A stretch of 64,000 bases of DNA, from assembly GCA_965287045.1 (NCBI GenBank), contig OZ336873.1, positions 45,570,001-45,634,000 on the forward strand. Direction: 5' to 3'. How positions within the stretch are numbered: position 1 is the stretch's first letter; the number at the start of each line of letters is the position of its first letter. Position numbers and translations under genes: made by a program. Source of the DNA: Carcharhinus amblyrhynchos. Its lineage: Eukaryota. The notes under the pieces were generated by a model. The model had not been told where the DNA came from and searched no databases. It saw only the letters and a program-made list of their open reading frames with translations. This document shows positions 12,512 through 25,154 of the stretch, in pieces.

Positions 12512-13149
12512 TGAAGTCCCCCCCCAATGTTGCACTGCTATTACTAATGCAAACAAATAAAAATGCAACCCCAATCTTTCAAAATTTGCAATTCAGAACC
12601 ATTATGCGTGCCAGAGCATCTATTCTACACTGAACAATTCATTGCTACCACTGAAGGTGTGTGCCACCACACATTTTAAATGCACAGTAGAACACACAAA
12701 AAGATAAGTGACCCAGAGAATAATTGGAAAACACTTCAAGGAAAATTTAAGTTGCTACTTGTTAAGCACTCATTGGTCTTTATCTTCCAAGCATCTGTTC
12801 CACAATCTGCCCAGATTTGTCTTTGTGCCTTGGTTTCCTAACCACAGAATAAAGAATAACTTTGCAGTGATAGGGTACTTTAATCCTGAATACCCTGACC
12901 ACTTGCTGATGCTGCACCTATTCTTGCATCACAACTAGCTGAATACAGCCCTCCAATTCACTTTTTTGGAACTTGAAATTGGACAGATTTCAGGTCCAGC
13001 TGCAATATTGATTGGAAAAGTGATGTCTCAATTCTTACGCAGTCACATTGTTTCATGTCATTCTCTAATGTCTTGAAAATGATTAATAGAGGAACAGATT
13101 AGAGGTGGGATCAAACACCGGAAAGAGACAGAATTTGCGCTACACAGCA

Positions 13150-13320
13150 AGAAGAGTACTCAGCAGGTCTGACAGCTTCTGCTGAGAAACACTTAACTTC
13201 AAGACCCGTTTCAAAACGTTAATTGTATTTCTCTCTCCACAAATGCTGCCAGGCCTGCTGAGTTTATCCAGCATTTTCTGTTTTTATTTCAGATTTCCAG
13301 CATTCACAATATTTTGCCTT
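13150..13320. mobile_element. Penelope-type palindromic element, family B, decayed
   Basis: actcagcaggtctgacagc paired with gctgccaggcctgctgagt; tail ccagcattttctgtttttatttcagatttccagcat. Confidence 0.6.
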
Positions 13321-13610
13321 CACGAGAGATAACTTACTGCTTTGTTGCAATGATTATAGGCATTCTTACAAAACAACTGCTGTAATTCAGTCCGTTGTGC
13401 AACACTAACTTGTCAAAAAAATTCCTAACGAAATACCAACTTACTTATTTCAGATCCTGATAAATCTTTTATATACACATCTAATAATATAAATAAAATA
13501 CATCACTCACTGGTGACTGATAAGAGGTGGCTCCTCCAGTTTTTATAAAACCCAAACACCTCAATTTAATCCAAACACTTATTTTTGAAGACAGGATGTA
13601 TAAACTTCAC

Positions 13611-13712
13611 AACCAAAACAGAAAATACTGGAAAATCTCAGCAGGTCTGACAGCACCTGTGAAAAGAGAATAGCGTCAATGTTTTGAGTCAGGATGATCT
13701 TTCATCAGAGCT
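13611..13712 (-). mobile_element. Penelope-type family B half-copy with decayed hammerhead motif
   Basis: Minus strand agctCTGATGAaagatcatcctgactcAAAAcatt (CpG decay of CGAAACG). Confidence 0.65.
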
Positions 13713-14243
13713 GTGTAGACTTCATTTGTAATTTAAGATTTTTAATTTAAGATTAAGGGTTGATCTAATCAAGGTGTTTAGAACAGTAAAGGATCTTAAA
13801 AGGACCACATAGATGCTACTTCCTTTAGTACAGGGCCCAGAATCCATAACAAAAGAACATAATCTTACAATGAGAATTCGGCCAGATAAGGTGAAAGCAA
13901 ACAACATGTTTTCACATAAGGCTAGTGAATTATGGCTGTTGCGGCAATTGAAATTTTCCAAGGCTGAGGTTAATATATTTTCGTTAAGTTTATGAGTATC
14001 GTACGTTATGGAAAAAAAAGCCAGGAATTTGAGATTTGCTATGATCTAATAGAATGGTGCAATAGACAATGAAGGACATGGATACTTTTGGCAACCTATT
14101 TGTTTGGTGTTAATGCAAAAGATGCTGTTGGAAGCAGCTTTAGGAATAATAAATTGCTGATTAATACACTGCATGTCATTTCTTGTGTACAGAAAGGTGC
14201 CTGAAATGTAACACTGCAGTGTATTTACATGCTGCTAATGTGC

Positions 14244-14481
14244 TGGCTTGGGTCACTGTCTGTTTGGACTTTGCACGTGCTCCCCGTGTCTGTGTGGGTT
14301 TCCTCTGGTTGCTCCAGTTTCCTCCCACAGTCCAAAAGACGTACTGGTTAGGTGCACTGGCCATGCTAATTTCTCCCTCAATGTACCCGAACAGCACCAG
14401 AATGTAGCGACTAGATGATTTTTACAGTGACTTATTGCATGTTAATGTAAGCCTACTTGTGACAATTATAAATAAATTTTA
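14244..14481 (+). mobile_element. V-SINE tail type 2, 5'-truncated
   Basis: ggcttgggtcactgtctgt...gttaatgtaagcctacttgtgacaa. Confidence 0.8.
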
Positions 14482-14544
14482 AATATAACTTAAAGCAAGA
14501 ACAGCATTTATCATTGGACCCATGGCAATGTTATTGTAAAAAGG

Positions 14545-14840
14545 GAAAAGGAAAGCTTGCATTAATATAATGCCTTTCATGATCTCAGGATGCCCCAAAG
14601 AAATTTACAGCTAATGAAATGCTTCTGAAGCATAGTTACCATAATTGAGGATACGCAGCAACCACTTTGTTCAATAATCTGTTTTTGTGATGTTTGTTGA
14701 GACATGTATGTCGAACTCCTCTGCTCTTCTTCAAACTGCGCCACTGAAACTACTTTACAACAGTGACTGCACTTCAAAAGTACTTAATTTAGCTTTTTCA
14801 ATTGCTGTGAAAGCTGCTTTTATAAATGCAAGTCTTTCTG
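14545..14840. mobile_element. Two SacSINE1-like (DeuSINE) 3' fragments in inverted orientation
   Basis: Minus piece aagcttgcattaatataatgcctttcatgatctcagga; plus piece ttacaacagtgactgcacttcaaaagtactt...tataaatgcaagtctttc. Confidence 0.65.
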
Positions 14841-15707
14841 TTTTCTTTACGATTCTGAAAGAACTTAGGTGAAGAGAGTCTCTTCTTCCAGCTGGAGAAT
14901 CTAGAACCAGGTGTGACATTGGAATCCTCAGGCTTGAAATGCGAAAAACAGGAATTATCATAATCTATTTATCATAACCTTTATCATAATCTATTTATCC
15001 TTACTCAAAGCAAAAACATAGATGTAAGCTACGAATAGGATCAAGCTGAATACTGTTCATCCTTCCCATGACAATTTATTTTAGTTTCTGGCTTTTAAAA
15101 TATCCTAACAAGTGCACATTACCTTGAACAAAACTGTCTACAATCCAGTTCAATACTACATTTGAAAATTCAGGCATAAAATCTTGGATTGCATCCAGGG
15201 AGGAGAGAATTCCTTTCCCCTTCGCAAACAACTAGTGTAACTACCCATGCAGCCAATGTCATTGCAGAAGCATACTATGTTCTTGTTTTGATAACTACTC
15301 AAGCACACATTTTCCTCATACACCATTACATCTCAGTCATACATCAGAAATTAATTTGACTAACCAAAAATCAACCAAGTGTTTTTGCTTGAAAAACAAA
15401 AGGGTGGGGGAGGAAAATGGAAGGAAGAACAGATACACAAATTATAGCTCAAATGCCTACTGGGCAATAAATATTACAAGCTACAATACTGTGCTCAAAT
15501 CTAAAATCTCACTTACACCATAAATAAATCTCACCCTTCCAGACAGCAGTTTCCTGGTAGGTGAACTACATACACATCACATTGCCAAGGTAGCAAGATA
15601 CCACTCCTCTCAATTCCTTCAATTATAAACTGTGTGTCATGTCATTAAGCAGCATAATTCCCAAGACTACCAGAGAATCGCTAGTCAATATAAAGTGCAC
15701 AACTTAC

Positions 15708-15867
15708 AATGGCTTGCACGTAATCCATAGTGAAATCCTCTGAAAGAGGCATCATACTAAAGCCAGATCTCATAACACTCAAATAGACATTTTGGAACTT
15801 CAGCAGGTTTTTGTTGGAAGCTTGATACTGGTGTCATCAGAATACCATTCTCATGGTGGTGTAAAAC
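15708..15867 (-). other. Candidate host exon (acceptor at 15867 or 15739; possible ATG at 15773)
   Basis: ctgcAG|GTT acceptor, ATT|GTAAGT donor; frame MRSGFSMMPLSEDFTMDYVQAI ends in phase 0 at the donor. Confidence 0.3.
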
Positions 15868-16979
15868 CTGCAGTGTAAATGGATTGAAAGGCTTCAGATA
15901 ACACTAAACTGTAAACAGCTGAAAGAAGAGACTTGTGTGATGATCTTGCCTTCATTCATTAACCAATATAAATATGAAATTAGGAACTTCAGTACTTGAA
16001 GGTGAACAATAAAGTGTGTAAAATTAACGTGTTTGCTCCTTGACAGCCTATGCGTTATGGTATCCCTGGTGCAATACAAACAAAGATTAAAATTTCAATT
16101 TCTGGTCATTGCTGAGGAAGTTAATCTCAAATTAATAGTTTACTTGAGATTCTTCATTGAACATTAATATCTGTGTTGGGCTGTGGAATATCAGCCATGA
16201 TTAATATTTGGCTAACAGGCAAGGACAGATTCATTACAATATAGTCCCTATCAAATAGCCTGCTTGTTTCCAGCTTCAAAAGTGAAGCAGAACTGTTTAG
16301 AAATGATACCAGGGAGTTACTGACTCCTCTGGAAACATATCTGTTTCAGAGAAGAATCAGCTTCTTTAGAAGAAGAGAGCAAAAGTAAAGACAATAACAT
16401 TAAAAAATTGTTAAGCTTTCCCACGTCTGCAGCGGTTACAGGGTGATTAATAATTCAAGACACAGGCTGTTAAAGATGAACAAAACTAACCAGGCCAATA
16501 AGTCAATCATGAATGACGGTTAATTATTATTCTTTGAAATTACTATATGGTGTTGTCACTTGGTTCATTTACTATCGGATACCTAATGATCTTAATTCAT
16601 TTCAAATTGCTCTCAACATAAACATTAAAGTTATAAACTCCAGTACTGTATTGCTTAAAATACACAATTAAAAGTCAATGTCATGGTCCAAATTAAGCAG
16701 TTGGGCATCGCTTCAAAGTTTGATTGAACATAATATAGCATGGACATGTCATTCAAACTTTAACAGGGCATGAGGTCTAGTTACAAAGAGTAGGTCTAGA
16801 ATGCAAGTATGCAATCATCTCACAGACATTACCTCCTTGGTTAAAATCCTAATTACAACATGCAAGTGGACTTTTAGGAATTTTGCAAAACTGTTCTAAA
16901 CGGAATCTTAAATGGAATTATTGATTCTATCATTAGTTGTTCAGAACACAGGAAATGTGGTACAAAAGCTGCTGCAACT

Positions 16980-17770
16980 GGTGTAATTCCCCAAGGACCA
17001 TCTTTGGGGGCCCAGCTGTTTATAGTATTCATTACTGTTCAATATCTTTAGACAATAATTAGACTGTCTAGACTTTGGAGATAGGCATCATTTAAAGATA
17101 TCTAAGCACTTACCAACTGGGCAGATGAATGGAGTTGGCACTTTATATAAATAATGTAAGCTGTGTGTATCAATGCTAAAAATAGCCACTATGATTATAC
17201 AGGGAAGGGTGTAACATTAAACAAGGTGTAGCAGGAAGGAGACTTGGGTGAGAGAATAAAAAAGTGCTGTAACGTTGTCTGGCAGCAGTTGCCAAGGTAA
17301 AGAGCAATGTAGTGCAAGTCTCAAGAAATGATCGGACACTGTAAACAGAGCACTGGTGAAATCTCATGGGGCACACCTTCATGGTTTGTTCAAAATGTTT
17401 ACAAAAAATCCCACAGGCAAACAAAATGGCTTTACAAGAGCAACAATGTTAGAAACTAAATCAATTAACAAGAACCAAAACTGTTGGCTGTTTGGAAAAT
17501 AACCAAAGTGCTACATTAGGCTAAGAATACAGGTCAGAAAATGTAACCAAATATTTAAACCATCATGTTTGGATGAATAAATAGGAGGAAGCCAGTAAAG
17601 CTGAGTCAGAAGGATGGAGCCTAAAGCACATTAGGATAACTATTCCACAAGTTCACCACAATTATGGATTCTGCTAATTTAGACTCAATTCACGAGATCA
17701 AAAGCGATTGAACAAGTTGATAAAATGAGTGTAAGCTGCTTGTCAAAGGCCGAGGGGTTCTCTAAACTGG
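16980..17770 (+). mobile_element. Ancient CR1 ORF2 remnant
   Basis: gtaattccccaagga...gggcccagctgttt (GVPQG/LGP-like), tgggcagatgaatgg; no ORF. Confidence 0.45.
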
Positions 17771-19880
17771 TTTCTCCGATGGCAATGTACATCCACTGAA
17801 CTGTATCCATGAGATTGTATGTTTAATTCAACTGATTGCAGGCATCTGGTATCCAAACCAAAATCACTATTTTGACCATTTCTAGTGTAGTGCTAACATC
17901 ATGATTTATATATATTGGAAATGGAGTTTCTTAACCAGATCTATTCTTCATCCTAAATGATGGATGATTGAGAATATAAAGAAGGCTCACTTTGAATTGA
18001 AGCTTACAAACTTCAATTTGTTGCTGATATTCCAACAGTGAAAAAAAAAACAAGCAGAAGAGACTTGTGCTTTGCAATAGCTCACTGAGTAAAGGGTCAT
18101 ACACATGAACAGGGTCTCAAGGACTGATTCCCAGTCTATGTCAGGGCAGTTTATCTCATGATGGCAAGGGTGTTATGCTTACCCAGGAAAAGAAATGGAA
18201 GAGATGGAGCTAAGATTACTACTCGGTCAATGGGCACACTAACATGGATGTTGGTTGAAAAAGGGAATAGATGTGGCAGCAGTGTCTCCTATGATGAAAT
18301 AGGCTGCTGCTACTTGTAAGTTAGTAGCCACTTGAACTAGCTGCCAGAGGTGCTTGCTGCAAACAGAATTATATCCCAGCAAGAGTTCAAATGTCTGTGT
18401 CCATCCAAAGACAAAACATTACTATAAAATTGAAAAGGACAAATACAGGAGAATGGTGTTTAGGAATTAGTGCTGGCGCCCCTTTAAATTTTCTGAATTG
18501 TTTGTTGGGTGAGGTGATGTAAGCTTGGAAGACACAATTCTGTAAATAAATGCTTAAAGTGTAAAGATGGGTTCTATCCTTCACCTGATTTTCAGGATTA
18601 TAACAATCAGGAACTAATCACTTGACGAGTGAACCAATGCTTAGGCTCTTTTAACACCACTCTGTAACTAAGTTCCAGAGTTTCAAATATTTCATGCATA
18701 ATGGATGTGAAATACAATACAGGTAACAGTGACACAATGATATTGTAAACTGGATTACTCATCATGATCTACTGCCTCGACATAATGACTTTTTAAACCT
18801 CAGGCTGGTGAATGGAGGCTCCTGCAGGTTAACAATGAAAAATCAGACACTGATGGAATCTTCTGGCATTAACTAGTAAAGTAAAATTCAATTTTGCAGG
18901 CAGCCACAGATGACTAATGTCATAATGCATCATGTTACCACAGAAGACTCTTGCCCCATTTTTAAAGAACTCTTCTGACATATCCAAACAGAGGGCATGT
19001 CCAATGCATGGGAAAATTGGCTGGGATCAAATTTTTTGAGACAGACAGAACCCCCAGTCGATTGAAGATGTGCAACAAAGCAGAAAATTTGAGTCAGAAA
19101 TTACAATGTGGGGAAGGGGGTGGTGGCGGGGGGCAAGCAGCAAGGAGAGCTATTTATTAAAACAAATCAGGTGTGGAGAGCAAGGGTTTGCTTCATATAT
19201 GCAAGTGCCCACATACTTATTCTATAAAACAGGTTCAACATCTTTTATTTTGTCAGTGAATGTAGGACAATTTAATTTGTATAGCACCTTTGCCGAAAAA
19301 CATTGCACAGTGTTGAACAAAAGTACCATTAATAAAATACTGACACCAAGCCATGAGGTAGCAGGGTAGTTGGCTGAAGCAATATTTTAAAGGTTATCTT
19401 AAAGCAGGAAAGAGATACAAACTGACAAAGACAGCTTTAGGGAGTTAATTCCAGAGTTTAGGGCCAAGGCATGGCATGCTCATGCTTTCCAAATTGGAGG
19501 AGTGCAGAGATGTTGAAGGACTGAAAGGAGTTAGAAAGATAGGGAGGGGACAAAGCTATGGAGAGATATGAAGTCAAGCCTTACTGTGGCTCAGCAAGCA
19601 CAGGGCAATGGATATTGAACAGGGATAGTGCAAGTTAGAAAATGAGCATCAGGATTTTGGATAAGCATGAGTATGGACAATGGGGGCCCAGTCAGGACAG
19701 CATTGGAATAATCAAGTTCAGAGGTAACAAAGGTAAGGATGACAATTTCCACAGCAGATAAGCTAAGACTGGAGTCAGGTGATATTAAAGAAGTAAGCAT
19801 AGGCAGTCTTGCTGATAGTGGACATGTGGCCGGAACATATCTTGTGCTCATACACAATGGCAAGGCTGGTTCAGCTTTAG

Positions 19881-21200
19881 ATCTTGAGAGGAATTGCTTG
19901 ATAGAGCAGACGCAGCACGGTTTCATTAAAGGGAAGTCATGTCTGACGAATTTACTGGAGTTCTATGAGTGTCTAGGGCGGTAGATAGAGGAGAGCCGGT
20001 GGATGTGGTCCTTCTTGATTTTCAGAAGGTGTTTGACAAGGTACCTCACAAGAGGTTATTGCAGAAGGTCAGGGGACATGGAGTTGGGGGTAGGGTGTTA
20101 GCGTGGATAGAGGATTGGTTGTCAAATAGGAGGCAGAGAGTGGGGGTCAATGGGTGCTATTCGGATTGGCGGATGGTGACTAGTGGAGTGCCCCAGGGGT
20201 CGGTGCTGGGGCCTCAGCTATTTACCATTTATATAGATGATCTGGAGGAGGGAACCAAGTGTAGGGTGTCGAAATTTGCTGATGACACCAAGATTGGGGG
20301 AACGGCAAATTGTGCGGAGGGTGTGGAGAGTCTACAGAAGGATCTAGATAGGCTGGGCGAATGGGCCAGGAAATGGCAAATGGAATTTAATGTTGGCAAG
20401 TGCAAGGTGGTCCACTTTGGTAGGAATAATGGTAGGAAGGATTATTATTTACAGGGCGAAAAACTGCAGCAGGCAACGGTGCAGAGGGACCTTGGGGTCC
20501 TTGTGCATGAGTCGCAAAAACCCAGCTTGCAGGTGCAGCAGGTGGTCGGGAAGGCGAATGGGATGCTGGCCTTCATAGCGAGGGAGATTGAATATAAAAG
20601 TAGGGAGGTCTTACTGCGGCTGTATAGGGCATTGGTGAGGCCGCAGCTGGAGTACTGTGTGCAGTTTTGGGCGCCGTACTTACGCAAGGATATTTTGGCC
20701 TTGGAGGGAGTGCAGAGGAGGTTTACTAGGCTGATATCGGAGTTGAGGGGGTTGAGCTATGAGGAGAGGCTGAATAAACTAGGCTTGTACTCGTTAGAGT
20801 TTAGAAGAATGAGGGGAGATCTCATTGAGACGTATAAGATGATGAATGGGATGGATAGGATAGAGGTGGAGAGACTCTTCCCGCTCAGAAAGGATAGTAG
20901 GACTAGGGGGCACAGCCTCAAGATAAAGGGGGGGCGGTTTAGAACGGAGTTGAGGAGGAACTTCTTCACTCAAAGGGTGGTGAATCTCTGGAATTCTCTG
21001 CCCATTGGAAGTGGTGGAGGCTACCTCGCTAAATATTTTTAAGACGCGGGTTGATGGGTTTTTGATAAGAGAGGGGATTAAGGGTTATGGGGAGAGGGCG
21101 GGAATGTGGAACTGAGCCACGACAGATCAGCCATGATCTTATTGAATGGCGGGGCAGGCTCGAAGGGCTAGATGGTCTACTCCTGCTCCTATTTCTTATG
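19881..21200 (+). mobile_element. Young CR1 LINE, 5'-truncated, two frameshifts
   Basis: ORF 19969-21042 with RT motifs; small deletion near 19968 and insertion near 21005 relative to the 27943 copy. Confidence 0.97.
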
Positions 21201-21218
21201 AAACTTATTAGATGTCAT

Positions 21219-21330
21219 AATGTGGAGATGCCAGCGTTGGACTGGGGTAAACACAGTAAGAAGTCTCACAACACCAGGTTAAAGTCCAACAGGTTTATTT
21301 GGCAGTAAACGTCACTAGGTTTCGGAACAC
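21219..21330 (-). mobile_element. Penelope-type family A 3' fragment
   Basis: tgtggagatgccagcgttggactggggtaaacacagtaagaagtctcacaacaccagg; same terminus as copies at 26977, 30002 and 55021. Confidence 0.8.
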
Positions 21331-21759
21331 TTGAGATGTGCCAGAGAGAGAGAGAGAGATAGAAACAATGATTAAGGAACAAACTTTCTGGCAAGGATCA
21401 AAGACAACGGCCAAAATTTCATCGCCACATCTGCTACAGGAATCGGAACGGGCAAGGGGCAGACAATGGAAAGATCTGTTGACCTTGGGTGGGATATTAT
21501 GGTTTTGGACTATAAAATCCCACCCAGTGACTCTGTCGCCCCACAGCTCAGCAGCAGAAAACTTCTGAGCATTCACGACTGAATGTAGAATAAGCAGAAT
21601 GGAAAATCAAGAAAGTGGAAGGACAAAGACTAGTGAAATGAAGCTACATGCCATCAGTGCGCATGTACAGCCTGATGTTGCCTTTATGAATGACTTTGCT
21701 AAGGGGTAACATGTAAATAAGAAATAGAAAGGAGCCAAGTCCAGATACTAAACCCTTAT

Positions 21760-21928
21760 TAGAACAGAATAGAATCCCTACAGCGCAGAAGGAAGCAATT
21801 CGGCCCATCAAGGCTGCACCATCCACAATCCCACCCAAGCCCTATTCCTGTAACCCCATATTTACCCTGCCAATCCCCTGACACAAGGGTCAATTTAGCA
21901 TGGCAAATAATCAAACCTGCACATCTTA
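21760..21928 (-). mobile_element. HE1/V-SINE 3' part with CR1-type tail
   Basis: tagaatccctacagcgcagaaggaagcaattcggccc...caatttagcatggc. Confidence 0.8.
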
Positions 21929-22619
21929 TTTGGCTGCTCCAAAACAATTCAGATGCACAGTCAGAAAGGAAGTGATCTAGTTTTGAGCATCCTACTTAGG
22001 AAGTACTTAAACTTTGCCTTTCACAATTTATGAAAACAGTTGTGCACATTTACTTGTGGGATTGTGTTTCCTTCTCTTTCAAAAGGACATTAGACCATGA
22101 AGGAATGATACCTAACTGAAAGAACTTCATGTCTGGAAACCCGTTATAAATGCTACAGAGCAGTGGCAAATAATTGTTCTAATTTCTATTATCACAGTCT
22201 TATTCCAAAAGCAATTAAATTTGATTTACCACTTGACAAACACAAAATAGACTGTACAAACTTTAGGACCGAACCAAAGCTATTACTTACGCCAGCTGGC
22301 TGTTTAAAACTGTTCTCAACTGTCTATAAAGCCAGCCACTTAACCCAATCCAAGTATAACTTCCTTATATTACTAAGCACTATTTTTAAAATCAAAGCTA
22401 GTAGCTGCTTACGTGACTGCTGAATCCAACACAAAAAAAATGAAGGAACAGGTGTAGGCTTTTGACCCATTTGAGTCTGTCTGCCATTCAATGTTTTCTG
22501 CAATTAAGTCCATTTACGCACATTGGTTCTGTGATCCTTAATACACTTGCACAAAAGAAACCAGAAATCTTAACTTTTCTCTCCCCGAAACGTCCTAGCC
22601 TCAACAGCTTTTTGAAGCA

Positions 22620-22960
22620 GTGCGGATGTTGCTGACTAGCCAGCATGTATTGGCCATCCCTAACTGCCTTAAGAGCGATGAACCACCTTCTTGAATTACT
22701 GCAGTCCATGTGGTGGAGAAAAACGCACAGTGCTGTTAGAAAAGGAATTCCAGACTTCTGACCAGTGACAATGAAGGAATAGTAATATATTTCCATGTCA
22801 AGATGGTATATGGTTTAGAGGGAAACTTGCAGATGACGATGTTGCAGTCCACACGCTGCCATTGCACTTCCAGGTGGTTGCGATTGAGGGTTTGGAGGTT
22901 TCGAAGGAGCCTTGGCAAGTTGCTGCAGTGCATCTTTTTGTAGAAGGTAAACATTGCTGC
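22620..22960 (-). mobile_element. Old LINE 3' fragment (family of 8560 and 36083)
   Basis: ccagcatgtattggccatccctaactgcc...ctgcagtccatgtgg...gaaggaatagtaatatatttcc. Confidence 0.6.
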
Positions 22961-23239
22961 CAGATTCTCACCATCCTTTGTGTGAAGAAGGGCATTCTTA
23001 CATCACACAAATGACCTAGTTCTAATTTTAATGCCATGCCCCTTTGTCCAGGACTCTGAAAAGTAGTTTTTAATTGACCATACCAAATCCTTAAATTATC
23101 CATAACACTTCAATTACAGCATCACTTAATCTTCTACTCAGGAGAATTCAGGACTAGATTATGCGACTTAGCCTCATCGTTTAATCCTTTTAGTCTCTTT
23201 GTCATTCTAGTGAATTTGCATTGCAACCTCTCCAAGGCC

Positions 23240-23820
23240 AGTTACACTTCCTGCGATACACCAGAATCTTTCCCACTTTCAGGAAATTTTGGAATATTGT
23301 AACCAATGGCTCCACTATCTCCTATGTCACTTCCTTTAAGAACATAGGATGTAGACCATCATGCCCTGGGGTCTTGCCTGCCTTCAATCCCAATTGTCTG
23401 CTCAGTACTTTTTCCCCAGTGATGATGATAGTTCCAAGTTCCTCCCCTTCTTTTGGCATTTTCTATTGTTACTGGGATGGTATTTGTGCGCTCTACCCTA
23501 AAAATGGAAGCAAAAATTGATTTAGTGTCTCAGCCATTTCTGCATTCCCCACCATTAACTCCCCAACTTCATCTTCCAAGGGATCAACAATCACTTTAGC
23601 TACTCTCTCCTTTTTTATATACTTATAGAAGCTTTTGCTGTCTGTTTTATATTTTCACTAGTTTTCTTTAATAAATTACCTTTGCTCTTTTTATTTATTT
23701 TTTGTGACCCTTTGCTGATCTTTAAAAGCTTTCCAATCTTCCAGTAAGCCACTGGCCTTTGTAATACTGTGTGCTTTAATTTTTATGTTATCCTTAACTT
23801 CCTTGCTTAGTCTTTCAGTT
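23240..23820 (-). mobile_element. Old CR1 ORF2 internal fragment
   Basis: ggatgtagaccatcatgccctggggtctt (reverse strand KTPGxDGLHP-like); decayed. Confidence 0.55.
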
Positions 23821-23908
23821 GCTTTTAAAACCTGTTCCCTAGATTTTAGTAATTTCTATACCCACAATCCTAAATGCTCACCCACAGTGCTTAGTTATTC
23901 ACAATTTA

Positions 23909-25154
23909 CAGCGAAATCATGATGAGTCAAACTTGGATGACACGAAATTCCAGCGATGTCAAAGTGGTCAAGTGTTCCTGCCAACTGATTAGCAAATCAC
24001 ACAGAACGATGCCTGTGATAAGCCGAAATTCCACACTGGTAGCTTTAGATTAGCTGCATTTGTCTAAACTCGTCATATGACAGTGCCAACCAGAGCAAAG
24101 TTAGACCACTCAAAAATGCAAAATCATGGAGCACTGGGTATGCCATCATTTGACAGATGTCCTTATGGAAACATATACAAAGTCTGTGAGCATGTCCAAA
24201 GCAGTGGAAAGTTCAGTGCTGTAGCAAGGAAAGCAAGAAAGGAACACATCACTGTTTTCTCTGCACTGACTGATAGGAAAGTTTGTGAATGCCAAAGCAC
24301 TAATTCATATAGCCCAAGACTAACAAAGCTAGCAGAATTTTTGAGGCATAGACCAGGAAAGCAGATAAAATATATCCATGAAAGAAGAAGGAAGATTGCC
24401 ATCATTACAAAACTTCTGACCTGTCCACCCGGACATCGCTATCCTAAACAGTGCAAAACTGCTGTACTGGACTCTCAACACCTTGGCCAGGCTTGAACCA
24501 ATAGATCAGGAGTGATTACAAACCTGAAAACCCGTATTCCCATTCTCTCCCCACACCCTGTGATTCTAAAAATCTATCTATCTATCTGTAGAAAGATAGG
24601 AAGGACAGGCAGGGTGAGGCCAACTAATCCAATCACAAGGCACTCTTCGCTTGACTACAGGAGACTGGCATGGAAATTCCAATGGTGGACAATGCCATAT
24701 GTTGCACTACAGAACTGATAGATGGTGGATCACAGATGCAGTATGTTTTCAACCAAGGAACCCGACTATCCTAAACAGTCCCATAAATGCCTGCCTATTT
24801 TATCTAGCTGAAGCGACAAAGTTTGTCGCGATGCTCCAGAATTTCATACTGCGGCACTGAAAACATGCCCGATTGTAATGAAGAGATTAGATGAAGTAGA
24901 GGCAGAAGTTTTTCTGAAACTGTGGCGCGGTGTTATCAAATTAAGTAGAGACTTTTCCCACACGTTTGCCAGTTTACTGTGTTTTCACTGGCACTTGAAT
25001 CTGTTCTTTTTGACACAGATTACATTTGTAAGCATTTTGAATTATATAAAGATGCATTCATGTGGGAATGGGACTTCCTCAGCCATCACAAAGCTCTGCT
25101 TAACAAAAATGTATGGGTCGATTGCCTAGAATTTGAGTAATCAGGATTTTACTG
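23909..25154 (+). mobile_element. Internally deleted Tigger/pogo element with TIRs
   Basis: TA|CAGCGAAATCATGATGAGTCAAACT ... AATTTGAGTAATCAGGATTTTACTG|CA (about 25-bp imperfect TIR); EPIDQ.VITNLK remnant; shared blocks with 1205-4726. Confidence 0.8.

Larger units (their letters stand above)
19260..21760 (-). mobile_element. Old L2-clade LINE, interrupted by young CR1 and a Penelope-type fragment
   Basis: FVTSELDYSNAVLTG...LIQN (L2 SRLDYCN-like) near 19640-19790; LGSFLFLIYMLPLSKVIH...YMRTD (RT YADD region) near 21645-21745. Confidence 0.7.
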